Assembly (NCBI GenBank): GCA_963848405.1
Contig: CAWKDP010000018.1
Location: forward strand, 65,857 to 129,856
Reading direction: 5' to 3'
From: an uncultured Actinomycetes bacterium
Lineage (GTDB): Bacteria > Actinomycetota > Thermoleophilia > Gaiellales > Gaiellaceae
DNA length: 64,000 nt
The notes beneath the pieces were generated by a model, which worked only from the letters and a program-made list of their open reading frames with translations, ran no database searches and was not told the origin of the DNA. Below are positions 8,225-16,261 of the stretch, in pieces; position 1 is the first letter of the stretch; every line of letters starts with the position of its first letter. A program made the translations under genes and the position numbers.

Positions 8225-8614
8225 CTACACGCCGCGCGGCGCAGCGTCGTCGAGGACGACGCGCATGAGGTCGCGGATCGAGACGATCCCGATCACGTTG
8301 CCGCCGTCGACCACAGGCAGGTGGCGGAACCCCCGTGGATCATCAGCGTCGCGGCCATGTCGGTCGACTCCGTCGGCTCGATCGTCTCCGGGTCGCCGGT
8401 CATCCAGTCCGCGACGGTCGATCCCTCCACGCGTCCTTCGCCAACGGCCCGGAGCACATCGCGCTCCGTGAGGATTCCCGCAAGCCTGGTCCCGTCGAGC
8501 ACGACAACGGCCCCGACCCGGCCTCCGCTCATCCGCTCGGGCGGCTGCCGCGAGCGTCGTGTCCTGCGAGACGCTGAGGACGTCGCGCGACATGATCGTG
8601 TCGACGGTCGGCAT
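8225..8614 (-). CDS. CBS-pair domain protein with an internal compensated double frameshift
   Basis: The frame of 8225..8614 gives MPTVDTIMSRDVLSVSQDTTLAAAA at the N-terminus and FRHLPVVDGGNVIGIVSIRDLMRVVLDD at the C-terminus. The middle CBS sequence (MSGGRVGAVVVLDGTRLAGILTERDVLRAV..DWMTGDPETIEP..MIHGG) lies in the other frame (track ORF 8293..8532). Start could also be ATG 8626. Confidence 0.6.
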   Translation of the reverse strand: MPTVDTIMSRDVLSVSQDTTLAAAARADERRPGRGRCRARRDQACGNPHGARCAPGRWRRTRGGIDRRGLDDRRPGDDRADGVDRHGRDADDPRGFRHLPVVDGGNVIGIVSIRDLMRVVLDDAAPRGV

Positions 8615-8691
8615 CGAGCCGAGCATAACGAGCGCCTGATCGAGGAGGCGCTCGGCGATGGGCGGAAGCTCGGCGTGCCGCTCCAGCACGG

Positions 8692-9459
8692 TCAGCGTGC
8701 GCGCCAGCCGAGCTCCTCCGAGATCGCGGCGACGGCGTCGAGCAAGAGCGGGAGCGCGCTCTCGACTGCGGCTGCGTCGAACCTCGAGCTGGGGCCCTGG
8801 AGCGCGAGGATCGCCTCGAGCCCGCCACCGCTGCCCCGGATCGGTGCCGCGATCGCGCTCAGGCCCGTCTCGCGCTCCTCGATCGCCTGCGCCCAGCCCT
8901 GCTCGCGGACGCGCTCGATCTCGGCGGCGAGCTTCGTCGGGTCCGTGATCGTCCGTGGCGTGTACGCCTGGAGCGGCCTCTCGGGCAGCGCGCGCATGGA
9001 GAATGCGAGCATCACCTTCCCGGCCGAGGTCGCGTGCGCGATGGAGGGCCGGCCGAGCCGCGAGACCGGCTGGATCTGGTGGCTTCCCGAGACGAAGTCG
9101 ACGGTGATCGCGTCGTCCTCGCCCGGGACCGAAAGCGTCGCCGTCTCGCCGGTACGCCGCACGAGCTCCTCGAGGTGCGGGCGGGCGACGGAGCGGACGT
9201 CGAGCCGTGCGAGGATGGTGTTCGCGAGATGGACGATGCGCAGACCGAGCCGGTACCGGCCCGTGGCGGCGACCCGCTCGACGAGCCCCGAGGCCGCCAG
9301 GGTCCCGAGCTGACGCGAGACCGTGCTCGGCGTCATGCCCGTGCGCCGCGCGATCTCGTTCGTCCCGAGCTCGCCTCCGTCCGCGAGCGTGTCGAGGATG
9401 GAGATCGCTCGTTCGGCCGCGCCGATGCGGCGCGTGGACGGTTGACTGGTTCGGCCCAT
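8692..9459 (-). CDS. IclR-family transcriptional regulator (1)
   Basis: AERAISILDTLADGGELGTNEIARRTGMTPSTVSRQLGTLAASGLVER plus a C-terminal IclR effector domain. Divergent from soxD. Confidence 0.9.
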   Translation of the reverse strand: MGRTSQPSTRRIGAAERAISILDTLADGGELGTNEIARRTGMTPSTVSRQLGTLAASGLVERVAATGRYRLGLRIVHLANTILARLDVRSVARPHLEELVRRTGETATLSVPGEDDAITVDFVSGSHQIQPVSRLGRPSIAHATSAGKVMLAFSMRALPERPLQAYTPRTITDPTKLAAEIERVREQGWAQAIEERETGLSAIAAPIRGSGGGLEAILALQGPSSRFDAAAVESALPLLLDAVAAISEELGWRAR

Positions 9460-9468
9460 TCGGTGTAG

Positions 9469-9490
9469 GTTCCGTTGCGGATCGTGGCAC
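9469..9490. promoter_or_regulatory. candidate operator GTTCCG-ttgcgg-ATCGTGGCAC in the iclR/soxD divergent region
   Basis: Shares GTTCCG and ATCGTGG blocks, in the same order, with the palindrome at 44564-44580 in the second IclR divergent region. Confidence 0.3.
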
Positions 9491-9529
9491 AGCGTTGTTC
9501 GTGATGCAATTCAAGCCGGGAGCCGCCTG

Positions 9530-9793
9530 ATGTCCTTCCTCCTGCCGTGCCCGCATTGCGGGCCGCGTCCGGTGGACGAGTTCGCGTACTTCGGCGAGGT
9601 GACCCGCAGGCCGCAGGGATCGCCCACGCTCCGTGAGCTGACCGACTACGTGTACTTCCGCGACAACGTCGCAGGTGCGCAGCGCGAGTGGTGGCAGCAC
9701 CGCCTCGGCTGCGGCGAGTGGTTCGTCGCCGAGCGGGACACGACCACGAACGAGGTGCTCTCGGTCACGCTGCCCGACACCGCCGCGTCATGA
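9530..9793 (+). CDS. soxD: sarcosine oxidase, delta subunit
   Basis: MSFLLPCPHCGPRPVDEFAYFGEV..REWWQHRLGCGEWF. About 87 aa, directly upstream of soxA. Confidence 0.9.
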   Translation: MSFLLPCPHCGPRPVDEFAYFGEVTRRPQGSPTLRELTDYVYFRDNVAGAQREWWQHRLGCGEWFVAERDTTTNEVLSVTLPDTAAS

Positions 9794-12378
9794 GGCTGCC
9801 CGCTCAGCCCGGCGAGCTGATCGACCGGACCGAGACGCTCCGGTTCCGGCTCGGCGAATCCGAGCTCGAGGGCTTCCGCGGCGACACCATCGGCTCGGCG
9901 CTCTACGCGAACGGGCGCCGGGTCTTCTCCCGTTCGTTCAAGTACCACCGGCCGCGCGGGCTCCTCTGCTGCTCCGGCCACTGCCCGAACTGCATGATGA
10001 CCGTGGACGGAGTCCCGAACGTCCGCGTGTGCGTCGAGCCGCTCCGCGAGGGCGCGGTCGTGACGCCCCAGAACGTCCTCGGCCGGCTGGACATGGACTT
10101 CCTGAGCATCGTGGACAAGGTCGGCGGGCCGTTCACGCCGGCTGGCTTCTACTACCGCACGATGATCCGGCCGCGCTTCCTGTGGCCGACGTACGAGAGG
10201 TTCCTGCGCGGCGTCGCAGGCCTCGGACGGCTGCACGAGCACGCGGGGCACTCGCGCCGGTACGACGTCGAGCACCGGCGCGCGCGCGTGCTCGTGATCG
10301 GCGGCGGACAGGCGGGGCGGGCTGCCGCCCTCGCCGCAGCGACGAGAGGGCCCGGCGTCGTGCTCGTCGACGAGGGCGTCCGGCTCCGAGACGCCGATCT
10401 GTCCGGCGTCGAGGTGCTCGCGCCCGCCCGTGCGCTCGGCATCTGGGAAGGCCGGCTCGTCCCGGTCGACGCGGGCACCGTCCTCTACCGGTACCGGGCG
10501 GAGCGGGTCGTCGTGGCGACCGGAGCCACGGAGCAGCCGCTCGTCTTCCCGGGGAACGACCTGGCGGGTGTGATGCTGCCGGACGCAGTTCGGCGCCTGG
10601 TCCGGGAGTTCTCGATTCGGCCCGGACAGCGTGCGGTCGTGCTCGCGGCCGACGATCGCTCTCTGGAGATCGCGGACACGTTGCGGGAGGCAGGGGTGGC
10701 CGTCCCCCGCGTCGTTGACCTCCGCTACGGAGCGCGCACGGTCGAGGCTCACGGTCGCGGTGGCCGGGTGCGCCGCGTGGCCGTCGACGGAGAGGCGACC
10801 GACTGCGACGTCGTCGTCGTCTCGGGGGGGCGCCAGCCGGCGTACTCGCTCCTCTCCCAGGCGGGCGCCCGCGTCGAGTACGACGACGGGCTGAAGGTCT
10901 TCGTGCCGACGGACCTGCCGGACGGGATCGAGGCCGTCGGGAGCGTGACCGGGGAGGGAATCGAGCGCGCTGAGGTGGCCGCCGCCTACGAAGGACGGGG
11001 CAAGTGCTTCGTGTGCGTCTGCGAGGACGTGACGACCAAGGACGTGAAGCGGGCGATCTCGGAGGGATTCGACTCGATCGAGCTCTCGAAGCGGTACACG
11101 ACCGTGACGATGGGGCCGTGCCAGGGAAAGCTCTGCCAGCTCCCGAGCATCCACCTCCACGCGCGCGAGCTGCGGATCTACGAGTCGGCGATCGGCTCGA
11201 CGACCGCGCGACCGCCCTGGGCGCCCGTCGAGCTCGGTTTGCTCGCCGGGCGCCACCTCGAGCCGACACGCCGCACCTCGCTCCACTTCAGGCATGAGGA
11301 GCTCGGCGCGCGGATGATGTGGGCAGGACCCTGGAAGCGTCCCTACGCGTACGGCGAGCACCCCGAGGAGGAGGTGCGCGCCGTACACGAGTCGTTCGGA
11401 GTGATCGACGTCTCGACGCTCGGGAAGCTCCTCGTCGAAGGGCCGGAGGCGGCGCAGCTCCTCGAGCGCCTCTACCCGAATCGGTTCGCCGACCTGAAGC
11501 CCGGGCGCATCCGCTACGGCGTCCTCACGAGCGACGGCGGCCGGATCATGGACGACGGCACCGTCGCGCGACTCGGGGACGACCTCTACTACGTGACGAC
11601 GACGTCGACGGGCGCCGATGCGGTGACCGCCTGGTTCGAGTGGTGGAACGCCGTCTGGGGCTACGACGCGGAGATCGTGAACGTGACCGGCGCGCTGGCG
11701 GCGCTCAACCTCGCGGGGCCGCGCGCTCGCGAAGTCCTGGGTCGGCTCGTCGAGGACCCGGACGACGTCTCGGCCGAGGAGCTCCGCTACCTCGACGCGA
11801 AGCGCCTCGCGGTCGCCGGGGTTCCCTGTCTCACGCTCCGCATCGGGTTCGTCGGCGAGCTCGGATACGAGCTCCACTTCCCGAGCCCGGCGGCCGAGTT
11901 CCTCTGGGATCGGCTGCTCGCGGAGGGTGCACGCCCGTTTGGCCTGGAGCCGCAGCGCATCCTGAGGCTCGAGAAGGCGCACGTCATCGTCGGACAGGAC
12001 ACCGACTCGGAGTCCAATCTGCTCTCGGCCGGGATGCCCTGGTTGCCGAAGATGGAGAAGGACGACTTCGTCGGGAAGTTTGCGCTCGAGCATTTCGCCG
12101 AGCGGGCCGAGCGTGAGCTGCTCGTCGGGTTCACGATGGAGGACGACGTCGTGCCGCTCGAAGGCGCGCAGATCGTCCTGGACGGCCTGCCCGCGGGACG
12201 CGTGACGAGCGCGCGCAGGAGCGAGCAGGTGGGCGAGGTCATCGGGCTCGCCTGGCTTCCTCCCGATCGCGCCGAGAGCGGAACGCGCGTCGAGATCCGG
12301 GTCGACCGGCGCCTGCTCGGCGCGCGTGTCCACCACGGCGCGTTCTTCGATCCTGTGGGAGAGCGGATGCGCTCGTGA
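9790..12378 (+). CDS. soxA: sarcosine oxidase, alpha subunit
   Basis: Track ORF 9688..12378 trimmed to ATG 9790 (ATGA overlap with the soxD stop). FKYHRPRGLLCCSGHCPNCMMTVDG, VLVIGGGQAGRAAA, C-terminal GcvT-like folate domain (RIGFVGELGYELHF). Confidence 0.9.
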   Translation: MRLPAQPGELIDRTETLRFRLGESELEGFRGDTIGSALYANGRRVFSRSFKYHRPRGLLCCSGHCPNCMMTVDGVPNVRVCVEPLREGAVVTPQNVLGRLDMDFLSIVDKVGGPFTPAGFYYRTMIRPRFLWPTYERFLRGVAGLGRLHEHAGHSRRYDVEHRRARVLVIGGGQAGRAAALAAATRGPGVVLVDEGVRLRDADLSGVEVLAPARALGIWEGRLVPVDAGTVLYRYRAERVVVATGATEQPLVFPGNDLAGVMLPDAVRRLVREFSIRPGQRAVVLAADDRSLEIADTLREAGVAVPRVVDLRYGARTVEAHGRGGRVRRVAVDGEATDCDVVVVSGGRQPAYSLLSQAGARVEYDDGLKVFVPTDLPDGIEAVGSVTGEGIERAEVAAAYEGRGKCFVCVCEDVTTKDVKRAISEGFDSIELSKRYTTVTMGPCQGKLCQLPSIHLHARELRIYESAIGSTTARPPWAPVELGLLAGRHLEPTRRTSLHFRHEELGARMMWAGPWKRPYAYGEHPEEEVRAVHESFGVIDVSTLGKLLVEGPEAAQLLERLYPNRFADLKPGRIRYGVLTSDGGRIMDDGTVARLGDDLYYVTTTSTGADAVTAWFEWWNAVWGYDAEIVNVTGALAALNLAGPRAREVLGRLVEDPDDVSAEELRYLDAKRLAVAGVPCLTLRIGFVGELGYELHFPSPAAEFLWDRLLAEGARPFGLEPQRILRLEKAHVIVGQDTDSESNLLSAGMPWLPKMEKDDFVGKFALEHFAERAERELLVGFTMEDDVVPLEGAQIVLDGLPAGRVTSARRSEQVGEVIGLAWLPPDRAESGTRVEIRVDRRLLGARVHHGAFFDPVGERMRS

Positions 12379-12881
12379 GCGGGCTCGACTTCCTCTCGCC
12401 GGGCCGCTGTGCGCCGGAGACGGTCGCCTCGCCGCTCGCGCGGGCGCTCGCAGGAGCTCCCGAGAGCCTGCGCGACCTGTCGGCGGACGGGAAGGTCGAG
12501 CTCCGGGGCGATCTCGAGCTGCTCGAGGTCGGCGAGGACGAGGAGCTCGTCCGGCTCACGCCGTCGCGCGGCCTGCTCCTCACTGCGGACCCACTCGAAG
12601 CCGTCTCGCGTGCCCGCGAGGACGGGCTGCGTGCGTACGACATGACGGGCGGACTTGCGGGTCTCGCGTTCGAGGGCGACCAGCTCTTCCGCCGGCTGAC
12701 CGACCTCGATCCGGAAGCGCTGCCGGCCGCCGGCGGCTTTGCCCGCATCTCGGCCGTCGTCGTCGGCGACGCGGGCGAGCGCTTCCGCGCCTACTTCCCG
12801 CAGGAGCTCGGGCACTACGTCGCCGAGGTCGTGCTCGACGCGCTGGCCGGATTGGCCAGCGGAGAGGAGCGCAGCCGGTGA
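12375..12881 (+). CDS. soxG: sarcosine oxidase, gamma subunit
   Basis: GTG 12375 (GTGA overlap with the soxA stop). 168 aa, located between soxA and soxB. The call rests mainly on size and position. The sequence itself is weakly diagnostic. Confidence 0.7.
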   Translation: MSGLDFLSPGRCAPETVASPLARALAGAPESLRDLSADGKVELRGDLELLEVGEDEELVRLTPSRGLLLTADPLEAVSRAREDGLRAYDMTGGLAGLAFEGDQLFRRLTDLDPEALPAAGGFARISAVVVGDAGERFRAYFPQELGHYVAEVVLDALAGLASGEERSR

Positions 12882-14092
12882 AGGAGATCTTCTTCCCGAA
12901 GCGCATGTGGCGGCCGCGCGCCGAGCTGAAGCGCCGGTACGACGTCGTGGTCGTCGGAGGCGGCTCGCACGGCCTCGCGACCGCCTACTACCTCGCGAAG
13001 CTGCACGGCGTGAGGGACGTCTGCATCCTCGAGAAGTCGTACATCGGCTCGGGCGCATCGGGCCGGAACACGACGATCGTCCGCTCGAACTACCGCACTC
13101 CCGAAGGGGCGGCGTTCTACGGCGAGAGCGTGCGCATCTACGAGCAGCTCTCGAACGAGCTCGACTTCAACCTCATGTTCTCGCAGCGGGGGCACCTGAC
13201 GCTCGCCCATTCGGAGCGGGCGCTCGTCGTGATGCAGGAGCGAGCCGAGGTGAACAAGCTGCTGGGAATCAAGTCATCCGTGATCGGGCTGCCGAAGATC
13301 GCCGAGCTCTGTCCCGAGCTCGATCTCTCCGACCGCCCGACCTGGCCCGTGCTCGGCGCGCTCTACCACCCGCCCGGCGGGATCATCCGCCACGACGCCG
13401 TCGTCTGGGCGTTCGCGCGCGGCGCCGACCGGAACGGCGTCGAGATCCATCCGTACACCGAGGTCACCGGCTTCGAGCGCTCGAACGGCAGCGTCACGGC
13501 AGTCGAGACGAACCGCGGCCGGATCGAGTGCGGGCAGGTGGTCAGCGCGACGGCAGGCTGGTCGACGCTCGTCGGCGGCCTCGCGGGCGTCCGGCTTCCG
13601 ATCACGACGCACATCCTCCAGGCGTTCGTGACGGAGCCGCTGAAGCCGTTCCTCGACGTCGTCATCGTCTCGTCGCAACTCCACGTGTACGTCTCGCAGA
13701 CGGACCGCGGCGAGTTCCTCATCGGTGCGGAGATCGAGCCCTACACCACGTACAAGGGCACGGGCACGCTCTCGTTCCTCGAGACGTCGTCGCGCCACAC
13801 CCTCGAGCTCTTACCGCAGCTCGAGCGGACGAAAGTGCTGCGAACCTGGACCGGCCTGTGCGACCTCTCGCCCGACTACAGCCCGATCCTCGGGCGGACC
13901 GAGCTCGACAACTTCCACGTCTCCGCCGGTTGGGGGACCTACGGCTTCAAGGCGGCGCCGATCGTCGGCGTGACCCTCGCCGAGCTCGTCGCGACGGGAA
14001 AGACGCCCGACCTGATCGCACCGTTTGCCCTGGAGCGCTTCCACACGGACACGCTGGTCTCTGAGCTCGCAGCGGCCGCGGTGAGCCACTAG
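12878..14092 (+). CDS. soxB: sarcosine oxidase, beta subunit (FAD)
   Basis: Track ORF 12326..14092 trimmed to GTG 12878 (GTGA overlap). RYDVVVVGGGSHGLATAYYLAKLHG..GASGRNTTIVRSNY..GWGTYGFKAAP. Confidence 0.9.
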   Translation: MKEIFFPKRMWRPRAELKRRYDVVVVGGGSHGLATAYYLAKLHGVRDVCILEKSYIGSGASGRNTTIVRSNYRTPEGAAFYGESVRIYEQLSNELDFNLMFSQRGHLTLAHSERALVVMQERAEVNKLLGIKSSVIGLPKIAELCPELDLSDRPTWPVLGALYHPPGGIIRHDAVVWAFARGADRNGVEIHPYTEVTGFERSNGSVTAVETNRGRIECGQVVSATAGWSTLVGGLAGVRLPITTHILQAFVTEPLKPFLDVVIVSSQLHVYVSQTDRGEFLIGAEIEPYTTYKGTGTLSFLETSSRHTLELLPQLERTKVLRTWTGLCDLSPDYSPILGRTELDNFHVSAGWGTYGFKAAPIVGVTLAELVATGKTPDLIAPFALERFHTDTLVSELAAAAVSH

Positions 14093-14105
14093 ACCGAGAA
14101 GACCG

Positions 14106-15773
14106 ATGACGACGCAGATGCCCACGAGCCTCGACATCGCCCAGCAGGCGACGCTTCGCCCCATCGTCGACCTCGCCGCCGACGCGGGTCTGCTGCCCGA
14201 CGAGATCGAGCAGTACGGCCGCTACAAGGCGAAGGTCGATCTCGCCGTCATCGATCGCCTCGCCGACCGGCCGAATGCGAAGCTCGTCAACGTCACTGCG
14301 ATCACGCCGACGCCCGCGGGCGAGGGGAAGACGACGACCTCCGTCTCGCTCACGCAGGGGCTCGGCCGACTCGGGCGGGACCCGGTCGTCTGCCTGCGCG
14401 AAGCGTCGCTCGGGCCGGTCTTCGGCGTGAAGGGCGGCGCCGCCGGCGGCGGCTACGCGCAGGTCGTGCCGATGGAGGACCTGAACCTCCACTTCACCGG
14501 AGATCTCCATGCCATCACCGCCGCGAACAACCTCCTCTCCGCGCTGATCGACGCGCATGTGCTGCATGGGAACGCGCTCGGCATCGATCCGCTCTCGATC
14601 TCGTGGCGGCGCTGCCTCGACATGAACGACCGCTCGCTGCGCGACGTCGTGACGGGGCTCGGCGGGCGGGCGAACGGCTATCCGCGCCAGACGGGCTTCG
14701 ACATCACGGCCGCGAGCGAGATCATGGCCCTCGTCGCGGTTGCCCGCGACCTGGCCGACCTGCGCGAGCGGCTCGGCAGGATCACCGTCGGCCAGACCTA
14801 CGACGGCGGGCCGGTCACGGCAGAGGAGCTCCGCGCCGCGGGCTCGCTGGCGGTCCTCCTGAAGGACGCGATCAAGCCGAACCTCGTGCAGACGCTCGAG
14901 GGGCAGCCGGCCTTCGTCCACTGCGGACCGTTCGCGAACATCGCTCACGGGAACAACTCGCTCGTCGCGGATCGCGTTGCACTGAAGCTCGGCGACTACG
15001 TCGTCACGGAGTCCGGGTTCGCCTCCGACATGGGGATGGAGAAGTTCTTCGACATCACGTGCCGCATCGGCGACCTCAGGCCCGATGCCGTCGTTCTCGT
15101 GGCGACGGTGCGCGCGCTGAAGCACCACGCGGGCTCGATCGACGGCGACGCAGCCGAGATCGAGCTCGGCGCACAGAACCTCGCCCGTCACATCGCGAAC
15201 GTCAACGGCTTCGGGCTCCAGGCGGTCGTCGCCGTCAACCGCTTCCCGACCGACACGGACGACGAGCTCGAGCTCGTCCGCAAGCTCGCGCTCGAGCACG
15301 GCGCGTACGCGGCGGAGGTCAACGAGGCGTTCGAGCGCGGGGGAGAAGGCGCCACGGCGCTCGCCGAGGCGGTCGTGGACGCGGCCGAGCAGCCCTCGAG
15401 CTTCGAGTTTGCATACGCCCTCGACGAGCCGATCGAGGAGAAGATCCGCCTGATCGCAACGAAGGTCTACGGTGCGGACGGGGTGGAGCTACTGCCGGCG
15501 GCGCGTCAGAAGGCGGCCGCGTTCGAAGAGGCGGGTCTCGGCAATCTTCCGATCTGCATGGCGAAGACGCACCTCTCCCTGTCCCACGACCCGGCCCTCA
15601 AGAACGCGCCGACGGGCTTCACCGTCCCGATCCGCGACCTGCGCCCCTACACGGGCGCGGGCTGGATCGTCGCGCTCTGCGGCGACATGATGACGATGCC
15701 AGGGCTCGGGAGGACGCCCGCCGCGTTCTCGATCGACATCGACGAGAACGGGGAGACGGTCGGTTTGTTCTAG
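14106..15773 (+). CDS. fhs: formate-tetrahydrofolate ligase
   Basis: LDIAQQATLRPI..NVTAITPTPAGEGKTTTSVSL..FANIAHGNNS..ICMAKTHLSLSHDP. 555 aa. Confidence 0.95.
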   Translation: MTTQMPTSLDIAQQATLRPIVDLAADAGLLPDEIEQYGRYKAKVDLAVIDRLADRPNAKLVNVTAITPTPAGEGKTTTSVSLTQGLGRLGRDPVVCLREASLGPVFGVKGGAAGGGYAQVVPMEDLNLHFTGDLHAITAANNLLSALIDAHVLHGNALGIDPLSISWRRCLDMNDRSLRDVVTGLGGRANGYPRQTGFDITAASEIMALVAVARDLADLRERLGRITVGQTYDGGPVTAEELRAAGSLAVLLKDAIKPNLVQTLEGQPAFVHCGPFANIAHGNNSLVADRVALKLGDYVVTESGFASDMGMEKFFDITCRIGDLRPDAVVLVATVRALKHHAGSIDGDAAEIELGAQNLARHIANVNGFGLQAVVAVNRFPTDTDDELELVRKLALEHGAYAAEVNEAFERGGEGATALAEAVVDAAEQPSSFEFAYALDEPIEEKIRLIATKVYGADGVELLPAARQKAAAFEEAGLGNLPICMAKTHLSLSHDPALKNAPTGFTVPIRDLRPYTGAGWIVALCGDMMTMPGLGRTPAAFSIDIDENGETVGLF

Positions 15774-15780
15774 ACGTGCC

Positions 15781-15867
15781 CGGGTCAGGCTTCAGCCTGA
15801 CCCCGGTGTTGGGTTCGTCTAACGCCAGCGTCAACCCAAGAACGGGGTCAGGCTAAAGCCTGACCCC
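15781..15867. repeat. composite REP-like element: hairpin / inner TTGGGTT..AACCCAA hairpin / hairpin
   Basis: cGGGTCAGGCTTCAGCCTGACCCC (15781-15804), then GGTGTTGGGTTCG..AACCCAAGAAC, then GGGGTCAGGCTAAAGCCTGACCCC (15844-15867). The same architecture occurs inverted at 45354-45432. Confidence 0.9.
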
Positions 15868-16210
15868 GACGGTGCGCGCAGACGAGTGGGGTGGGGTCAG
15901 GCTTCAGCCTGACCCCAGGCGGTGCGCGCAGACGAGTGGGTGGGGTCAGGCTTCAGCCTGACCCCGGGCGGTGCGCGCAGACGAGTGGGTGGGGTCAGGC
16001 TTCAGCCTGACCCCGGGCGGTGCGCGCAGACGAGTGGGTGGGGTCAGGCTTCAGCCTGACCCCGGGCGGTGCGCGCAGACGAGTGGGTGGGGTCAGGCTT
16101 CAGCCTGACCCCGGGCGGTGCGCGCAGACGAGTGGGTGGGGTCAGGCTTCAGCCTGACCCCGGGCGGTGCGCGCAGACGAGTGGGTGGGGTCAGGCTTCA
16201 GCCTGACCCC
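15844..16210. repeat. 49-bp tandem array: 8 copies of the 24-bp hairpin separated by 7 near-identical 25-bp spacers
   Basis: Hairpins start at 15844, 15893, 15942, 15991, 16040, 16089, 16138 and 16187. Spacer is GGGCGGTGCGCGCAGACGAGTGGGT, and the first two spacers differ from it by 2-3 nt. Confidence 0.95.
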
Positions 16211-16261
16211 GGTGTGGGGTTGCCCTTTGCCCGCCGGGAACCGCTACGCAGGGTCGTGCGA

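Noticed and set aside
15844-16210. CRISPR array (24-bp palindromic repeats with 25-bp spacers at regular period)
   Set aside because: The spacers are essentially identical to one another (five identical; the first two differ from these by 2-3 nt). This is therefore a 49-bp tandem duplication, not an array of unique spacers. No cas genes are present in the window, and the repeat also occurs singly or in pairs at gene ends elsewhere.
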